DNA of 59,449 nt from a virus (taxonomy: Duplodnaviria > Caudoviricetes). The position numbers were made by a program, and so were the translations under genes. The stretch spans positions 1-59,449 of IMG/VR virus record IMGVR_UViG_3300020202_000084, one strand, 5' to 3'. Positions 56,136-59,449 of the stretch are shown one piece after another (within the stretch, counting starts at the first letter, position 1; each line of letters begins with the position of its first letter). The notes beneath the pieces are model-generated. The model was not told where the DNA came from and ran no database searches. It was given only the letters and a program-made list of their open reading frames with translations.

Positions 56136-56187
56136 ATTGACACATATTTTCCCTAGGTTTTGACTAGTGGCGCGGAAAGGATGCGCC

Positions 56188-56397
56188 ATGCTCAGTCCAG
56201 ATAAACTGCGAATTTACCGCAGTCACGGTGAACACTACCAGGCTTTGCAGCAAGAGTTGGCCAAAGCCAAGGCTCACATCATGGAATCCGAAATCGAAGC
56301 TGGGTTGCAAGTTGTAACTCAGACTGCACGGGGTTATCTCAAGCGTACAACAATCGCCTTGATTGGCCGTATGGCTATCAGGGACTACAGCCGATAA
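56188..56397 (+). CDS. small early protein enclosed by a 25-bp inverted repeat
   Basis: SD AAGGA; IR 56149-56173/56408-56432. Confidence 0.6.
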   Translation: MLSPDKLRIYRSHGEHYQALQQELAKAKAHIMESEIEAGLQVVTQTARGYLKRTTIALIGRMAIRDYSR

Positions 56398-56487
56398 ACT
56401 TTCAATGGCGCCACTAATCTAAACCTAGGGAACAGCAAGCTAATTGCAATCTGCTAGCCCTTCTCACAGCTAGAAGGAATAGCAGAA

Positions 56488-57057
56488 ATGGAACGTGCGA
56501 TTTTTGACAAAAAGCGGGAATCTTTCCGCAAGTCCATCACTCGGACCAAGGATATGGCCATTGAGTTGGCCGTGGCCGCTCTTGCGCAGTTTAAGGCGCA
56601 TGGCGACCTGTCCTATGTCCAAGACTTCTATGGCGACCTGCGTGGTGCGGGCAAGAACGTGATTCGTTCGGCTCCGTTCCTCGCCTGGCTCACCACCTTT
56701 GCTCCGGTGGAGTTGAAGGAGAACAAGTTCGTGAAGGATCACGACTTGGCCGCCAAGCTCAAGTGGGACGAGAAGGACGCCGAAGGCAACTATCCGGCGC
56801 GTGAGGCGTTGTTCGCCAAGGCGCAGGAGAAGTCGTTCTTCGATTTCGCCCCTGAGCAGGTGGCGCAGAACTTCAAGGCCGGTGATTTGGTCGAAGCGGT
56901 CGAGAAGCTCATCAAGCGTTACGAGAACAGCAAGCATTTCGTGGCTGCCGATGAGGAAGCCAAGAACACGCTTGTTCGGCTGAAGGACGTGGCCAAGACG
57001 CTGCGTGCTCCGGCTGCCAACAGCAATGGCTCCCTGCCGATTGAGCAGGCTGCCTAG
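56488..57057 (+). CDS. conserved-type early protein enclosed by a 25-bp inverted repeat
   Basis: Strong GC3 codon bias, HGD...R..F.AW...F.P pattern; IR 56436-56460/57177-57201. Confidence 0.8.
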   Translation: MERAIFDKKRESFRKSITRTKDMAIELAVAALAQFKAHGDLSYVQDFYGDLRGAGKNVIRSAPFLAWLTTFAPVELKENKFVKDHDLAAKLKWDEKDAEGNYPAREALFAKAQEKSFFDFAPEQVAQNFKAGDLVEAVEKLIKRYENSKHFVAADEEAKNTLVRLKDVAKTLRAPAANSNGSLPIEQAA

Positions 57058-57219
57058 TTACCCTCACCAGGCATCTTAGGGTCGCGCCCTGAGCGACGAG
57101 TGAAATCGTGACAAGACGGGAGAGACCGTCACATCCATTGCACCCGAAAGGGGACTGGGCTATCCGGCCCCTAATTGGGCTAGCAGATTGCACTTGGCTT
57201 GTAGATGATGGCTTTCTCA

Positions 57220-58170
57220 TTAAGGGCTGCTAAACAGCCTTATAAGCCAAGACCCTGATAGGAAATAGAACATGGGCAGCTACCGGCCCGTCAAGGCGAC
57301 TGTAACGGGTAGCACGGCCTAGCTGTAATGGAGCAGCTTATGCGAAGTAACTAATCCCTGATTTGTTATAGCTCAGATAGTTGTAAATTGAATCGCTGCT
57401 TTTGTTTGTGAGGCACCCGAGAGGAAACTTTGGACACTCTCGGGTGTTCTCTTGGTCATTCTCGCCAACACAGCTGGTAGCGTTTGCGTAACTCCACAAA
57501 CGCAAGTAACACAGATAGGGACTATAGCCGTTTCCAGTGGAAACCGATTCTGGGTAATAGCCCAAATGCTAGCTTCTGTGGCTGTGTTGGCGTGAGTGAC
57601 TAGCTATGCAACGGCAGTGAACCCGTTTGAGTCGGAAGCTGACCTAGATAGAAAGCGCTCTAGTCACTCTTCCTGTTAGGGAACGAATGCCGATGGGACT
57701 ACATGGCAAAAGAAGTCTCATCACCCTTAGTCGTTCCCTAGCTTTTGTGCCCGATGGTCCCACACCCAGAGTGTGACGAATGGACTGCTTTTATGTAAAG
57801 CTAGGCGATCTAGAGCGCACCTAGCCATCGGGCTCTTATTATGCGCAGGTGCCAGTGAGGCTGGCTTAAATCCAGATGACGCCGATGGAGCCTGCGAGGA
57901 TGACAACACAGGGTATTTACTCCTGCACACTTGGCTAGCGCGCCTCGTGTTCAACTGGTAATACGTCGTGGTATCCAGAAAAGCCGGTTATACTCGTGCC
58001 GGATACGTTAGGTGTGCAGGCGTAAGCATCCACTAGGGTGGCTGAGCGGGAAATGCCATCTAAATCATGCCTATTAACAACCGGCATAGCCCTAGTGTCG
58101 CGGTGCCCTCCGAGCCAAATGGGGTTGAGGGTTAAATGACTGATCTGATTCGCTAGTCAGCCGCAAGTCT
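57220..58170 (+). ncRNA. large ornate ncRNA candidate (GOLLD-like)
   Basis: ~950 nt without a credible ORF, successive multistem junctions and pseudoknot-type complementarity, directly 5' of a tRNA. Confidence 0.6.
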
Positions 58171-58171
58171 T

Positions 58172-58247
58172 TGGGATGTAGCTCAGCAGGTAGAGCAGCA
58201 GACTGTTACTCTGTAGGTCCTAGGTTCGAGCCCTAGCTTCCCAGCCA
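58172..58247 (+). tRNA. tRNA-Asn (GTT)
   Basis: Cloverleaf: TGGGATG/CTTCCCA, D-arm GCTC/GAGC, GCAGA-CTGTTAC-TCTGT, TTCGA T-loop, G73, encoded CCA. Confidence 0.95.
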
Positions 58248-58250
58248 AAT

Positions 58251-58284
58251 AAAAAGGGGCACCTGTTAGGGCACCCCTCTTGTT
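58251..58284. terminator. probable bidirectional terminator
   Basis: A-tract, AGGGG...CCCCT stem, T-tract between the convergent tRNA and wHTH gene. Confidence 0.6.
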
Positions 58285-58364
58285 AGCTGTTCCTCAGAAT
58301 GACGCCAGAGGATTTAATGGGAGCAGGCGTATGCCTGTAGAAAAGGTGATAAAACTCCCAGCAG

Positions 58365-58721
58365 CTATTCCACCACTGCCACCACCATGTCATTGGTGAC
58401 AGCAAGCTCCCCGATCTTCATGGGCTTGCCCTGAGGTTTTCCCTCATTGTCCATGATGATGAGACGCTTGCCCGTCAGAGCCTCGTAGGAGCCCGTAGGG
58501 ACCTTCTTCTCCGGGAAAGGCTGGATAGCCATTGCTTGGTCCGCAAGCACCAGACGGCCACCAAAACCGCGTCCCGGCACCACTACGCCGCTCTTGAGGG
58601 CGGTCTTCTTAATCAGGTCCCATTCCTTGTCCTTCACCCCGAGAGCCTGCTTCAGATCGGGGTTGTTGGCCGAGCCTCCGAGTTCCTTCAGCTTGGCAAC
58701 CAAGTTCTCAACAGTAGCCAT
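58365..58721 (-). CDS. winged-helix DNA-binding protein, candidate repressor
   Basis: Strong SD AGGAGGT, own sigma-70 promoter, only credible - strand gene in the early arm; LGGSA.N..LK.ALG...GRG.GG. Confidence 0.75.
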   Translation of the reverse strand: MATVENLVAKLKELGGSANNPDLKQALGVKDKEWDLIKKTALKSGVVVPGRGFGGRLVLADQAMAIQPFPEKKVPTGSYEALTGKRLIIMDNEGKPQGKPMKIGELAVTNDMVVAVVE

Positions 58722-58745
58722 TATTCACCTCCTATGTGTTGGCTT

Positions 58746-58783
58746 ACAGGTTGCCATATAGGCTAGTCGGGAGTCCCTGTCAA
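58746..58783 (-). promoter_or_regulatory. sigma-70 promoter of the wHTH gene
   Basis: TTGACA-17-TATATG, ACAGG-N25-CCTGT. Confidence 0.7.
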
Positions 58784-58798
58784 CTAGGAGTTTTAAAG

Positions 58799-58969
58799 AT
58801 GTTGTATTGGGCTTTGCTTTTCTTAGTTATTGCCATTGTTTCAGGTATCTTTGGATTTGGGGGTATCTCTGTGACTGTCGCTAATATCGCCCAAATTATG
58901 TTTTTTGTTTTCTTGGTCTTATTCATTGTCAGTCTGTTCTTCGGCTGGCGTGCAGGCAATTTGGATTAA
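58799..58969 (+). CDS. DUF1328/UPF0391 (YtjA-like) small membrane protein
   Basis: ML.WAL.FL.IAI...IFGFGGI....A.IA.I.F..F..LF..SL. Confidence 0.85.
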   Translation: MLYWALLFLVIAIVSGIFGFGGISVTVANIAQIMFFVFLVLFIVSLFFGWRAGNLD

Positions 58970-58973
58970 AATT

Positions 58974-59222
58974 ATGACCAAATCTATTTCCATCCTCTCC
59001 CGTGCTGAACTTGCCACCCGTGCGGCTAAGTATGCCGATTCAGTTAAGTGGAGAGGTGGCCCTAATTTCATCTTCTGTTCCCGCTTTGGCTCCAAGAAGA
59101 GCAATAGCGGTGGTGGAGGTAGGGGACGTGCCCATTATTCCTGTGGCACCCCTAGGGCCTACATAGGGGACATCCGTAAGGAACTCCATGCCAGCTGGGT
59201 AGCTAGGTCTGGGAGGCACTGA
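58974..59222 (+). CDS. hypothetical basic protein
   Basis: ORF coupled to the next gene. Confidence 0.5.
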   Translation: MTKSISILSRAELATRAAKYADSVKWRGGPNFIFCSRFGSKKSNSGGGGRGRAHYSCGTPRAYIGDIRKELHASWVARSGRH

Positions 59223-59449
59223 TGTTTGTCGTGTGGTTCATAGAGCAAAACAGTTGGCTGAAGTATAGAGAATACTCCAAACTAGATAACGCTTTAGATG
59301 CTGCGAAATTGGACGCACTCTATGGCACGTCAGATCGAGTCATTGTTACTAATTCTAAAACTACGCCTCCAGATTTTCTTAACGCTGGCGAGTTGTTGGT
59401 TAAGTTCTGTGCAGAGGAGATGAGAGATGCTGCGAGACAACAAAGGGAA
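59222..59449 (+). CDS. hypothetical protein spanning the circular junction (continues 128-172)
   Basis: SD GGAGG, open frame through the overlap to TAA at 170-172. Confidence 0.6.
   Translation, partial: MFVVWFIEQNSWLKYREYSKLDNALDAAKLDALYGTSDRVIVTNSKTTPPDFLNAGELLVKFCAEEMRDAARQQRE
59323..59449. repeat. 127-bp terminal direct repeat, copy 2
   Basis: Identical to 1-127. Confidence 0.9.

Noticed and set aside
57085-57135. Hammerhead ribozyme (CTGA..GA, GAAA, GTC)
   Set aside because: The core is CTGAGCGA rather than CUGANGA, and the stems do not assemble into the three-way junction
57338-57961. Short ORFs (57338-57565, 57727-57954, 57773-57961)
   Set aside because: No SD and atypical composition; they lie within the extensively base-paired ncRNA candidate
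55700-58170. CRISPR array or group I/II intron in the non-coding region
   Set aside because: No regularly spaced direct repeats, no interrupted host gene, no recognisable intron core or RT/maturase

Overview
The window is an apparently complete ~59.3 kb tailed-phage (podovirus-type) genome. Bases 1-127 equal bases 59323-59449, most likely an assembler circular overlap, and an ORF reads through the junction. The genome has two convergent arms diverging from an AT-rich region at ~51.6-52.2 kb. The + strand early/middle arm runs from 52.2 kb through the window end to 27.07 kb. It carries small early genes and a cluster of highly structured non-coding segments ending in tRNA-Asn. It also carries a phiEco32-type peptide-ligase/amidotransferase operon, a MotA/MotB(ExbBD)-like membrane module, primase-helicase, an ECF-like sigma factor, PolA, SSB, a C5-MTase-like gene and an exonuclease. 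It ends with a YhhQ/QueF-like/TGT-like 7-deazaguanine cassette and many nucleotide-processing genes. The - strand late arm encodes a tyrosine integrase with a tRNA-Phe-like attP, TerS/TerL, portal, scaffold, capsid, T7-like tail adaptor and nozzle, ejection proteins and a lysis cassette. Promoters lacking the -7 T, the integrase type and the attP core suggest an alphaproteobacterial host (inference). The best candidates for undescribed biology are the ~0.95 kb GOLLD-like ornate RNA with neighbouring ORFs enclosed in 25-bp long-range stems, the salvage-only deazaguanine base-exchange cassette, the phage-encoded ion-motor-like module, and an attP that would separate the late operon from its promoter on integration. 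All product calls come from motifs read by eye; no database searches were run.
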